A stretch of DNA of 64,000 nucleotides, taken from assembly GCA_964304625.1 (NCBI GenBank), contig OZ199840.1, forward strand, positions 8,191,744 to 8,255,743, read 5' to 3'. The stretch comes from Kudoa neothunni. Taxonomy: Eukaryota; Animalia; Cnidaria. The notes beneath the pieces are model-generated. The model worked only from the letters and a program-made list of their open reading frames with translations, did no database searches and had not been told where the DNA came from. The number at the start of each line of letters is the position of its first letter. The first letter of the stretch is position 1. Positions 25,568 to 38,717 of the stretch are shown one piece after another. A program made the position numbers and the translations under genes.

Positions 25568-26726
25568 CTTTCTAACGAGCATAAAAACGATTTACCTCCA
25601 ACCAATCATTTGGGGGTCGAATCGACCCCACATTTTTATTTTATTTTTCTTTACTAAAAAATATTTTTGTTTTGGTTTATAAAATATGTAAGAAATCTAT
25701 CGAGGAAGTTTTGAGTAAATTAAAGTTTACTAACCCATTAATCTTCGATAATCCGCTAATGTAATAATTCAGAAAAATTCGCTACATACCGTTAATTACA
25801 TATTGAGGAAACGGCGGCTACATTGTGGAATGAGATTCATCTGTATAAATTAATTTAATGATGTTAGTTATTACAATTTTAGCGAAATTTTTATGAAATT
25901 AAAATAAACATAAAAGGTAGCTTCATGACTTTGTGCACTTAAAAATATAACTCATTCGAACGTTCATCCGTAACTTAAGACTACCTGCATAATATATTAT
26001 TCACCACGGTTTAAATTCTTTTCAAATTTGAAACACTTACTTAAACGTCTGGCTAAGTGTTCAATGCAAACATGACGATTGCATAATCCGTAATAACAAC
26101 AGTCAAGCATTGATTTCACTCTCAACGTCGTATAGATTGTTGAGCGCGGCGGAGAGTTAAATAATAATTTTTTTGTGCGTGTTCCTGACTTAGATTCATT
26201 TGTAAGACTCTAAGCTAACCCATATTTGCTAATCAATGAAATATAGTATATACCCAGATCGTCATCATCAGTTTCTTGAGAGGCATCCTCATATTCGATA
26301 CTAGAAGATTCATCGTTATGGAATAAAAAATTAAATTTAGAATCCATAGACATTCACCTTATACCAAATTCCTACTGAAGGAGAGAATATTTTATATTAC
26401 CTAGTGCAACCGACCAATCGATCACGTAAATTGTGAGCAAGTAATGTTCAATCAGGTTGCGTAAGATTAATTTTGTTTTTCCTTAGAATTCTGTTTGTAA
26501 AACTTTTTAAAATCTCACATACAAAATTTAATGAAATTTATGGACAAAATGATGAAATAAAAAAACCAAATTATACAGTTTTCTTAAGGTGCATAGACGA
26601 ATACATTTATGAAGAATAGCTTGAATTTAAGAACATTAGAATTAAGGGAGAAAAAGTTAAACGTTATTCAATTTGACTTTGGGGTCGATTCAACCCTAAT
26701 ATCATTTATCATTTCTCATTAGAGGG
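25568..26726 (-). mobile_element. Non-autonomous piggyBac derivative
   Basis: TTAA on both flanks; degenerate TIRs CTTTCTAACGAG and CCCTCTAATGAG; subterminal palindromes GGGGTCGAATCGACCCC (~25614) and GGGGTCGATTCAACCC (~26681); internal Cys-rich remnant CCYYGLCNRHVCIEHL. Confidence 0.7.
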
Positions 26727-28003
26727 TTAATGGGTAAATTAATAAAAGTGTTATTTTAACTTTTTTAATGTATTTGATCAATTTTAGATACGGATTTTAA
26801 CTCTCGCCCCAATAAACCAACAAAAATTTTAATTCGAATAGGATTAAGGTCAAATCTTTATAAGTACTATTCAATAAACAGGTACACCACAACTATTTTA
26901 TCTTCAAAAATATGAAAAATAACATCGCTAATTCCTTTTTACCTAATTACCGTTCTTAGTGTTGATGTAAAGAGTAATTCTATTCATAAAATTTAGCGTT
27001 AAGGAGACTTTAATATTATTGAAATGATTTAAAGGTTAAAGTAAAGAAATATATCAGCATGTTATGATAGATAATACAGATAAACGTCCAAAAATTTCAC
27101 ATCACATAATCAATTACCATTCATCATTAAACAGAGCAATATGTATCTATAAACTATTTTTGATAATTATCGACCAAATGAAACACTTAATGATATCACA
27201 ATAAAATTCTAAGGAGGTAAAACAGATTTAAGAATAATTAGTTTTTTTCATTTATTCTTTAATTTTTCGATATTAAAGTTGCTAGTAGGGAGAAAGGCGG
27301 ATTATTTCATTAACCATTTATTTCGTCCATATAAATTTCTTTTAGAAATAAACAAATTCTATATAGATTGGTTAAATTTTCCTTATAAAAATGTGCGAAC
27401 GTTCAGTTGCAAAATGGATAATTTTTTTACAATATAACAACAATAATAATAATTATTATTATTAGTTGTGCGTTTATCCAAAAATAAACAAATATATTGA
27501 TTTGTTTTTTCTGTATTTATAATAGGGATCAGAAAAGTTAAACGTTAATTATGGTTTATTAATGATCATCGTGAAACGCTCCACTTCGCCCGATATTAGA
27601 AATATATTGGATTGGGAAATATGTTAAATTTCATTAAAAAATACATAATACTATCAGTTATCCCATAGAAAATATTAAAAGAAGAATTTTCTAAAGCATT
27701 ATAATTTTAATGAATGTGAGTAAACTGCAGAATAATGACCGTAATCCCAATAAGCGACTACGAAAATCCGACTTTATTGATTATTTTATTTTTGTGTATT
27801 CATTAGTGTTAATAAAACGAGATTCTAAATTCAGCATTTTGTTTATTATCAATATTAGTCATTACAATATTATATTGAGCTTACATCCTATTGTAATGGT
27901 TGGTTATATAGGGAATGTGACCAAAATTAATGTACGCCCAATCCGCAATCTGCATAAGAGCGGTACGGCACCCCACCCTTTTAAGCTACTTAAGCTACGG
28001 CTC

Positions 28004-28029
28004 GCGGGTTCGAATCCTGCCCGCGACCA
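28004..28029 (+). pseudogene. tRNA 3'-half fragment (T arm plus acceptor strand)
   Basis: GCGGG-TTCGAAT-CCTGC is a T-arm/B-box followed by CCGCGAC-CA. No complementary 5' acceptor strand is visible upstream. Confidence 0.45.
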
Positions 28030-28171
28030 TTCATTACACACCTATCATAACATTCTTTCGTTCCAATACGTTCGCTCGATTTATGTAATACATACATCCT
28101 AAGACTTGAGCGTGACAAATAAGATTCTGATGGATTATCACGATTTCACCTTAGCGAATACGTATTATTAA

Positions 28172-28973
28172 CCCTTAATAGGTGGTGACCTTGAGCTCGA
28201 CGAGACCAGCCGGATTAATTTCTATCCTTTATTGGATTTTATTTTAAGCTGTATTTGCTAACTTTAATACATTATTGCGTGATAAAAAATGTGATATACA
28301 ATAAATAATTTATTTTGTGGGACACTCAAACAATTAAAAAATTGTTTTATTGAATGCTCGTTACATATACTGTTGTTACACACACCGCGTACTTGTTTGT
28401 CCCGCCTTATGATACGTGTCGAACATAAACTAAATTGTTTGCGATCATTTGTATTTTTATTTTCCATAAATGACGAATTATTCTCATTGAATTGGAACCT
28501 AACTGCTTCAAGAGAAAGCTTAAAGGCCGGTTAACTTACAGTTTTTTGGGTCTTCAGCTCTTCATTTCTGGTAGCTGCTTACAAGCAAAAAAAGCGGATA
28601 AATCCACTCAAAATTATTGTCGGCGATTAAGTTTGTCTTTCAATGTTCCAAAATTCTTTGAAAAAACACGGTAAATAAATTAAAACCAGCAAAATCAATA
28701 ATTTTTCAGTAGATAATTGATTTGAGAAATTCAAACATTACACTGATACACCCATTGCGCAATTGTACAATTACCTTTAAATAAAATAAAGCATATTGTT
28801 ATTGTCATAATCCTTTTTTGGTGAATATCGGCTTAACCTAAAAAAGTTCGAATTCATTTAAAATTTACAACTAGATATAAAATAAAATAATAAAAAACAT
28901 TTTTTGAATTAATTATGCTCAATTTACTACTCAGATGAGCTCGTGGAGCCTAAGGTCACCTACCCATTAAGGG
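28172..28973 (-). mobile_element. piggyBac internal-deletion derivative (~800 bp)
   Basis: TTAA target duplications; ~35-bp TIRs CCCTTAATAGGTGGTGACCTTGAGCTCGACGAG and CCCTTAATGGGTAGGTGACCTTAGGCTCCACGAG; internal RKQFSLCS...VCNNSICNEHS resembles the piggyBac C-terminal Cys-rich domain. Confidence 0.85.
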
Positions 28974-30517
28974 TTAATACTAGAAAATGATTATCAATAT
29001 AGTGAATACCATTAATGTATCATTAGTTTTTACTATATTTAATTATTCTTGGCCCTATGTGCGAAGCGGTGGGCAGGAATAATTAAATCCGTATGCAGTT
29101 TGCGAGTAAGAGTCTTTAGAATTAAAAATTGTAATTACGAAAATGTACATGCCTTTTAAGGTTAAAATATATCATGAAAATAGTCTCTATTCTAATTTTA
29201 TTTAAAAATGTAGGATTAATGTTCAGGCGGACCATGATCATTAGTCGGTAAACGTGATTACTGTTTTGCAGTTTTATAAAATTTTGATTAATGGACTTAT
29301 AATTAATTCATTTGAAGGAGTTTATAAAAACAGAAACAACCACCTAGTTAGAAGGAACTTAAGAAAATCACTTTTAATTAATCAAATTATTACCCCTCTA
29401 ACCTGTACAAACTAGGTACCCTTTATATTAGAGAAAAATTAAGCAACCCATAAATGTCGATCAAAATAACTTGAATAATTAGATTAAATAAAAGCACAAC
29501 ATCTCTATCGAATTTAATTGTTATGATTGCATCTTAACGTCGACCTAATTAAATTTAAGATCACAGTTCTAATATTATAAAGCTTCAATCTACTTGAATA
29601 TAACATACATTATCAATTTATCATTAATTAAGCAGATTTAAATCTTTTTATTGCATTAAAACCGTTAATAGAAAGTTCAAAATGTCCTATCAAAATGAAT
29701 ATACTAATAAGTCCCTGTATAAGGAGTGTATTTGTGCACATCATAAAAAGATATACATAATTTATATATACAGATGGACGATAATATTCAATTAATTTTC
29801 GTATGTAAACAGAATTTTAACTTCAACTCTTTATCACCTTCAAATAAGCGACCTTAGTTTTGTTGTATGAATGCTAATCCCATAGTAAAGTTTAAAACCT
29901 GTTGCTTTAATTTTAATCCCACAGCTGAATCCTATAATCCGTTTAGACAAATTTATACCCTATAAATTCAATATTTTCTAAATAATTCCGGCGCCATTTA
30001 TAATACGATGACAAAAGAAAGATTTATTTTCAATATTTTTAGCCATTAAAAGTTACACAAATATCTATCTATAAGGGAAAAAATTTGTCGCACATGAGTA
30101 GGTGTGGACACACACACGGCCTCTAATATTTTATATATGTAGTAGGTAGATAATGGTAACAAAGAGAGTTAGACCATTCATTAGAGATATAATTCCAAAC
30201 AAATTAGCTGTCTTGTAATGACGCAACACTGTCACCGCTGACTTCGTAATATTACACCGGAGATTTGCATAATTTACTTATCAGTTTTTTGTTTCTTCGG
30301 AAAAATATTAATCACGAACATAGCTGAGCGAAAAGAAACATTAGCTTATTGGATGAAAAGCTTACAATAGAATATCCACACAAAGTAGATTATATTACAA
30401 AAATCGTAATTCTATTTAAAAACAGCAGAACAAAAGTTCCGAATTATCCTTTTTAATTTAAAACTGACCAAACTGAATCTCCTAGCATATCTAATCTACA
30501 CAACAATAAGACGTATT

Positions 30518-31548
30518 ATGTCTATTCATTGTAGATTTGTACTTGGTGACATCATGAGCAATCCAAATCGCATTATCAAACTATTAGTTTTCTGCAAGAA
30601 ATATTTTAAAAATAAGGTCATTTTCCTTCATTCCTACGTTACACTAAAAGCATTTATCGCTCTGTTACCTATGTTGTTATTTTACGCCGGATACGGTCTT
30701 TACAAGCCCATATATTGCAGTATGTTTCATTTTCCTGATGCGACCTTCAATGACACAGGTGTATACGACCATTATCCATTTTTGGATATGTCTGAAAGAT
30801 TCGACCGTTTGTTTTTTGAGAAAGCATTCCATCGGATTCTACAAAGCCCGAAATGTTTGGTGCTTGATTTTCTAGCGATGATTCCTTATTTGCTGCATGG
30901 TTTTGTTTTTGTTATATGCTCATTGAGGTATGCCTGCTGTCGGAAAACAAATCCATATTTTTTTGCTTTTGTCAATATTTGTGGATATTCCACGTTGGTA
31001 ATGCTGATTTTCCAATACTTTGTGCCTGTGGCTCCCCCTTGGTTTGTAGAAAACTATTACGAGAAATTCAATTCATCCATGGTATACAAACTACAGTGTA
31101 GTTCACCCAACCAATATTCATCGTGTAAGTGAAATTTTGTTTCATCGATATTCAAATGCTACAAGTAGACATGGATACGAGAATAATGGCCGGAAATTTT
31201 TACAACATTGATAAATTAACCGGTTTCTGGGTTTTTCAATATATTTACACCCATTCGGTTATATTGTTTGGTGCTCTGCCTTCGATGCACGTTGGTTTGG
31301 CATTATCCGTATTGGAGACCGAACATCTTAGCTCACAACCAAACCAATTCGCCTCCATATATTCCATTTGGATGATATGGGCCGCAATCTATTCCAATCA
31401 TCATTACGTTCTGGATGTTATGTTAGCGGCTATTATTGTACGTGCTACATCTTTATTATTTTGTTATTTTAATGGATGGGATATTAAACCAAATGTAAAA
31501 TCTCATTCAAATGAAAGTTCTATATCAAATAATGTAGCTACTGTTTAG
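30518..31548 (+). CDS. AUR1-like inositol phosphorylceramide synthase (PAP2_3 family membrane phosphotransferase); start uncertain (30518, 30553 or an upstream exon)
   Basis: Two ORFs are joined by a 44-nt intron at 31125-31168 (gtaagt...gtag). Motifs VLDFLAMIPY, FVPVAPPWF, NIDKLTG, VILFGALPSMHVG and YSNHHYVLD parallel yeast Aur1 FLDILAWLPY, PAAPPWY, RIDKLLG, VIFGAFPSLHSG and YLTHHYFVD. Confidence 0.85.
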
Positions 31549-32228
31549 TTGGACGTTTTTATTTTAGATTCGTTTAATTTCTCTAGCTGTACGCATAAAC
31601 GATACAATTAAAAAATGTCAAATTTTCTGACCTTATAAATCTAAATTTATGGCATGTTAAAATGAGATTATTATTAAACAAGGTTAATTTGAATTAATTA
31701 AAATTGATGGCTGGATTTGATAAGACCTATCTCTACCTAATTTAGTCGAACCGGCCTCCTGCTTATGCACCCAAAAATATATACAGTTAGTTTACGTCGA
31801 TGACTATTAATTCTTCCGGTTAAAACGCAGGACGGTGTTATATTTATGCTGTAATTTTTGCGAGTGATGACTTATTTTCATTCAATATATCATTCTTGAT
31901 ATTATGGTTGTGCATTTGCTAAAATTGAACACCTGATGCTTACACAGAATACGATTCTTTTTTTTATACACAGATTTAACAATAGGCAATCGCTAAGGAT
32001 GAAATATGGCAATCCAATAGGATTAGAGTCGCCCGACTTAAATTGTACAACACATAAAACACGCTTTACTTGAGCCAACTTAATCGGTGGTATAGCCTGT
32101 CGAAATAATCGCGAAGGACTAGGAGTTCTCTATATTAATAGATTAGTACAAATGCTACTGTGATGACAAATAGCGGTTGCTGAAAGTACCCTACTGATGA
32201 TGCAACGCGGATCAGTACTCATTATTAA

Positions 32229-34552
32229 CTCATTCAGGTTCCATATAATAGAAGTTGACTATTTCTCAACATAAAAATTATGTTGTTATAATAAAAACAT
32301 AATTAAAATATTTTTTCAAAAAAATTATTATATGAGCGAAAAACCAAGTTTTAAGGTTGTGTCGTAAGTGACACGCAAAACCCCCCAGCTATCGCATGTG
32401 CAAAAATAAATTATTATATTTTAATTATAACATTTTATATATTATTTGTAATGTTAACAAACATTTTGGATGTAATCGGGTAGAACATCCACTACAATAA
32501 TATATAGTCAAGTTATGATATACCGCACACCTCAATCTTTTACGTGTTGGGTCATCTGTAATAATGGAATTTTGGCATATATCTTTCATTATTTTATTTG
32601 CCAAAGATGGTTTTCTAACACCTAATGTAGATTTACGTACCGTAATTAGACATGAGGTTATTTCTCGTGTGTGTTGTAATAAATCTATGGAGCTTTCGTC
32701 ATAAGTGGTAATAATTCTCCACGAGTTGACGACGCTCATAAATATTAAATTGGTAAATAATGCTCAATACCATTTTTTACCCCTAATAGAAATGTGATAG
32801 TTAGCAATGTTATTGCCTGCTAGATCTACACCACCCATGCATTTGTTGTAGGCATAAATCATATGTGGCTAGAATATAGAAATTTGTTTTTTTTTCTATT
32901 TTCGAAACTCTCTTAATTGTCATTAATGGTTGGCACGAAAGATAATTGCTAATAACGGTGACTGGTTTGGTGTCATTCCACTGAACATAAACAATTCCGT
33001 TTCCATCAGTAAATTCTTCATATTCGCCTCTTTTATTTGTAGAAAAAATGTTTGATTGGTGTACGTGGACATTTTTCAGTTCTATTAATACGAATTGTAT
33101 CAGCCGCCCTTAAGTTTTTGTCTATCAGCGCTTTCGGTAGTTTGAAGGACGAAAAAAAATTGTCGAAATATAATTCAATTCCAGAAGAATCACTAATTAC
33201 ATCAACGAATTTCATGACTACATTGGCGCCAAGTCCCAACGAATTATCCACGATTTCACCTTTTCCAGTGTATACCTTAAAACTGTAAATATATCCACCT
33301 GAACTGGTCATTACCCAAATTTTAAAGCCAAATCGAATTGGCTTCATTTTTTATAAACATTTATGAAGAATGTAAACAAAAATATGGAACCATTTTCCCG
33401 TCAATAGAAATAGCTTCATTAAATTCCAAATTTTTTAAAATTTTACATTTAATTTGTCGATGAGAAGCCTTAATTTAGCCATTTTATCGCTTCTACCTAA
33501 AACATCGTTATCAGAAAAATGGATATATTTTTTTATCTAGTTGAAACGTTTTATAGGCATTGCTCTTTTCACGATTTCAACGCCAGAATAAATCGAAGTC
33601 TTCCAATACATTTTTTGTCTTGGTAACTCTTGATATCCAAATAGGATAAATATGCCAATAAATGTTCTCATTTCCACAGCCGTTGTGTGGGAATTATGGT
33701 TGTTGTTCTGCCGCGCGTAGAGATCGTTAGACGCACGTGTGTTCTTATATTATCAACCAGGAAGCACCCAAAAGTCTCGTATTAACCTAAACTGAATAAA
33801 AATTAAGTGGTTATATGGTTTAAGGTGGAACCTTTATAGAGATCATCCATTACGAGAGCCTTGCAACTATTATGACTAGAAAACGTTTCTTTTGAAACAT
33901 TTTTTCCTCCCATGTCATTTTTGTTGATGTTAATTCCTTTATATTGTGTAAGGAATCTGGTCTAAAGATCTCGACTTGGCCCGCACTGTCCACCTCATTT
34001 AAAACTTCGCAGTTGTCATAGTTGAAGTCATGGATGTTATCTTCTACAGCAGTGACTTCGTCAACATTTTCTGTTGGTAAAATGACAATATCGGTACATT
34101 CATCAGGGCCATATTCATCAATTGGATCGATAGCATCGCTTAGTCTAACAAATATCTCGATACTCATGGTAGAGGATTAGGGATCCTTGTGGGTTTTGCG
34201 TGTCGTTTACGACACGCAACCAATTAATAATTTTCTCAGAGTTTGCACGTTTAAAACTTTTCTTAATAATTTCTCATACTTCTGTTATCAATAGTAATTT
34301 AAAAATAGAATTAAATTAAAGTTTGCCGAATTTGTGTATACTTATTGCTGGTGTAACTGGTTGGTAGTGCGCATTTCCTTAACACCATCTTATTTCAAAA
34401 ATTTAAGTATAAGTAAAAATTTAATTTTTTGGAATTGATAATAATAAATGAATGATAATCAGTATAAACAAATAATAATTATAGAATTAAAGTTGAACGC
34501 TACATGACTGAAATAGTGACGTGTGGTTTACGACACGCAAAACCCGAATGGG
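32229..34552 (-). mobile_element. Full-length piggyBac transposon with pseudogenised PGBD3-like transposase
   Basis: TTAA flanks at 32225 and 34553; TIRs CTCATTCAGGTT and CCCATTCGGGTT; repeated GTGTCGT(T/A)..CGACACGC palindromes; transposase motifs KPIRFGFKIW, LYFDNFFSS, YNKCMGGVDL and a C-terminal Cys-rich domain, interrupted by frameshifts. Confidence 0.92.
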
Positions 34553-34744
34553 TTAAAATACTCAACGGGCTCGTTTTTGTACGTTGTCGTTGATTCGGAT
34601 TACGACCAATATGATACATTTTTACTATTCCTACAGCTTATTATCTAATATTTTCTGTATAATTAACGATAAAAAGTTTCTTACCTCCAAGCGTGTTGAT
34701 AACATTATACAGTGGATGACTGGTGGTTTGTAATCCCACTAGGG

Positions 34745-35290
34745 CAGTGTTTCCCAACCTTTTTTCTATAGCGCCCCACGTGTTCTTGAAAAAAAGTTCC
34801 GTTCCCCACTTCTTTCGAAAGAATTAAATGTTTTACTTAAACTGTTGATAATATTGAATAAAACTCCCTTCACATTAAAACTTTAAAGAAATTAATATAT
34901 ATTTCTTTTCTCATTAAAATTAAAATGCGTTCGATCAGGTCTAACCTAATTTATCGATGAACCTTAAAAATTAACATCTTTAATTCATCAGTTCGTCAAA
35001 AATAGCATCAAATGAAATTAGTGGTAATCCAAACTTAATTAGGAAAGATTTTCGTGTATACAGAAGTAATGAACCGAAAATAAATAATATAGATAAAAAA
35101 TTAATCAATGTTATATTAGTTTTTTTAAAAAAAGGATATATGATTCTAAATGAGACAAGAATGAGATTCAAATCATCCTGATTCTATTCGGTTGAATGAC
35201 ACGTTAAATATTATTAATTTTTTATATAATTAATCATTGCTTTTTGGATTTTTAATGATATTAATCGCCACTTAAAAATAGGCGATATCG
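34745..35290 (+). mobile_element. hAT-type non-autonomous element, same family as 1-486
   Basis: Starts CAGTGTTTCCCAACCTTTTTT and is colinear with the reverse complement of 1-486. The right end is not clear. Confidence 0.75.
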
Positions 35291-35638
35291 AAAATCGCGA
35301 TATTCACTTCGAAGTATTTTATACCGCCCAATTATCTTATCAGTATCCGTGTCACCTCAATACTCAGGATTTTCCGCGCCCGACCATCCCACCATCCGAC
35401 CATCCCACCAGAGCGGTTCATTAAACGTTCAAAAATGTGTATGCCCACCAAAGTTTATTCACACCGACTAGTGGGACGTGGGATCTATGTTGGGACATAG
35501 CTCCAGTTGATTGATGGCATTCACGTTGACAACGTATAAGAGAAAAATTTGTATTATTAGTTTCTCTTTTTTTAAATAATGTTTTAGTATGACATATATT
35601 TTCTAGTAAAATTAAAATATTTATTTTATTTTCATTAA

Positions 35639-37400
35639 CCTCCTAATGTTTTTGGGTGTAATACACCCCAAGGCGAATTTAAAACAAGCATACCATTCGC
35701 TGTAAATAATCGACCAACTTGTAACTCATGTTATTCCTATAAAAACATTATTAATACATAATAATACTTGAAATATAAAAATTTACTTGGAGTATATATT
35801 TTTTATCGGAAGATTATCTTCTAAGGTTTTTGGAGTGTATTTCACCCCAGATTTTTATTCTTTCGAAAATACAAGTATATTGTTTTAAACATAAATAAAA
35901 TGTTTCGGTGGTTTTAAACGAGCATATGACTAAAAAAGTCATGCTTGAAATCATAGTTTTTTGATTACGCGGTTTGGTTGTTGAATACATGGTATGAGCG
36001 GTTTTCGCTATTTTAATGACGAATGCTGCTTATATGGTAATGAACAAAACTATTTTTGTCAATGAAGACTTTTAAGTCAATGAAAATAGCATCGAATAAT
36101 GTTTAATTCACAGTGATACATTAGCAAGTATGTGGTATCTCATATAGCAATATAAGATCATCTGCAACAAAAACCATTACCGCAGGCGTTATGAAATCTA
36201 CTCTTTTCCTTAATTAATACGCTCGATTGAAAATAAAAACATATGTCGATTGTTTTATGCTTTTTCAGTGAATAATTATGTGCAACAATCATAATGTACA
36301 TTAACATGTTTTGCCGAAAACATTTTAAATATGAATGGTTTGATATGGACAGCGTTAAATTCATGAGTTACTTTGGACTTATTATACCTATGAGAACGCA
36401 TAAGGATCGGCAAGAGCTTTTATGTGCACTTTTCAGTGTCAAAATAGGCGAAAAATATACAGAAGACATTTTTTTACTTCGTCGGTTCAGACAGATTAAT
36501 CGATAAATCCATTTCGATGATTTTGAAACCAGGGTTAAGCTACCGGAAACAAATAAATTATTTTAGCGATGTGAGCTATGGAATACGTGGATAAATATAC
36601 TTCACAGATTTATTCTTCCCAGTCGAGATGTTACGATAGATGAATATCTTGTGTTATTTTGGGGAAGATATCCGTTTAGACAATATATGTCAATGACACT
36701 GACGAAATATTGTCTGAAATTTTTCTTGTTTATTGACAAGGAATCTAACTATGGCTCGAACATCAATATCTATATGAGGGGGAATAATTCTGAGAGCACG
36801 AGACAATTTAAGGTTGACGAAAAAATAGTTCTCTCCTTATCGGCCCCGCTTTTTATTCTGACCGAAAACATGGTAGCTGGTAGCTGTTGATTTTTGTCTT
36901 CATCTTAGTTAGTCGAAAAATGGATAGATAAAAAGCTCGCTTTCTTAGGAACAATGAGGAAAAAGGGGAAATTCCGAGCTGCTTTCTTTCTTCTCAGAGA
37001 AGACATATTTATGACAACAATTTTGTATTTTATAAAAACCATGCGATGGTTTCGTCTGTGTACAAAAAATCGAGGGATGTCATTCATTTGACAAATGGAA
37101 TCGCAAACTACTCTGTATCTGATGAAAAATAAAAATTTAAGCCAACGTATATCTTGAACTATAACCGAACTCCAGACGGGATTGATAACAGATCGATTGC
37201 TTGAATCTGTTTCAGCGCGCTGGCTTACGATGGGATGCCCATGATGTTTTTTTTAATATTATTAACCTATCCTTAATTAATGATTTTGCGTTATATAAGA
37301 ATATTCACGGCGATATGGAAAAAAACATGCGTACAACATCCCCACACAATAGACAACTATTCAGTTGTTTAATTATAGATTGGAACGAGTTCAAAAATTC
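35639..37400 (+). mobile_element. Decayed piggyBac (PGBD4-like) element
   Basis: TTAA|CCTCCTAATG start, GGGTGTAATACACCC palindrome, and fragments VTIDEYLVLFWGRYPFRQYM, FLGTMRK and YNRTPDGID with many stops. Right end not found. Confidence 0.7.
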
Positions 37401-38081
37401 CAACTCGTCCCAAATCCATACAACAACGAACAGCGAGGTGTATACTACGCGAAATAAAAATATACAACTACGAGGTATTAGCCACCGTATTAGATCGGTA
37501 TCCTGTGATCGTTAGGCGTGTCGTGTAAAATCAACTTAATCTTCAAATTAACCGAGATCCTTTGAAATTTTAAGGTATTTCACATTGATTTCCACCACAG
37601 TGGTCCTATTCGGTTGTAACTAATTGTCTGCTGTAATGTCGTGTCGAGTTTGAGGCTGGTGTGTTGATTACTAGCATTCACCTATCTAATGGCCACAGAT
37701 TGTAGCTTACTCGATGTTGAGTGTGTGGTTGTTTATGAGTGGGTGTTAGTAGGATCCACCACACTTTCACATTTATAATATATCAACCGATTGGGTGGAT
37801 ATTTTGATTGTTAACCCTTGATTGTGTGATGATGGTTTCGTTGTGAGTGAGATCCAGTCAATACAACAACAGATGGATCATTCGTCGATAGGTGTGTAGT
37901 TTGATCAACTCTCTCTCACACACAACTCCCCATCATTACACCCAAATTTCGAATGTATTAACTAACAATTATCGAATTTATACACTCCTCTCGAATAATT
38001 ATATCTATCCACTTTTGATCAGTTGTTGTTGTTGTTGCTGCATCACTTGGATTGACATGATCAAATTTAGACAACAATCAA

Positions 38082-38717
38082 ATGACTACACACAGAAAGA
38101 AATTGGTTATTGTTGGAGATGGTGCTTGTGGTAAAACTTGCCTGTTGATCAAATACAGTAAAAAAGAATTTCCTGGAGTGTATGTGCCCACAGTTTTCGA
38201 AAATTACGTATGTGATGTTGATCTTGGATATGCACAAGTTGAGCTCGCCCTTTGGGATACTGCTGGACAGGAAGATTACGATCGTTTGAGGCCACTCTCC
38301 TATCCTGACACAGATGTGATTTTCATGTGTTATGCGGTGGATGATTTCGATTCTTTTCATAATGTAATGGAGAAATGGATGCCCGAAGTGAGACATTTCT
38401 GCCCCAATGTACCCTTGGTTCTTATTGGAACCAAAGTGGATCTGAGACCGGATGACTATGTGTCTCCTCCCGATGGCACTAAAGAAAAAACTATGGTGAC
38501 CTATCAAGAAGGTTCAATGCAGGCTCAAAAGTGTGAAGCGGCCCAATTCTTTGAGGTTTCCGCCCTCAAAGATATTAATGTGAAGGAGGTTTTTGAATTT
38601 GCAACCGAAATAGCTCTCGCAGTAAATACCCATTTCCAGTGTTGAGGTTGTTTTGTAACTGTTCTTTGCTAGCCCAACTCAAAACAAGATCGTAAAAGAA
38701 AGTGCAATCTTATTTGA
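38082..38717 (+). CDS. RHO1: Rho-subfamily (RhoA/Rho1-like) small GTPase, 2 coding exons
   Basis: [63 protein letters not shown]. Splicing the intron at 38622-38672 gives the polybasic CAAX tail [14 protein letters not shown]. Confidence 0.95.

Noticed and set aside
27950-28030. Functional tRNA gene
   Set aside because: Only the T arm and 3' acceptor strand are present, with no pairing 5' strand or D arm.
38067-38507. 146-aa antisense ORF over Rho, and similar antisense ORFs over IleRS, TMED2 and DMAP1
   Set aside because: These are shadow ORFs of real coding sequence with no independent motifs.
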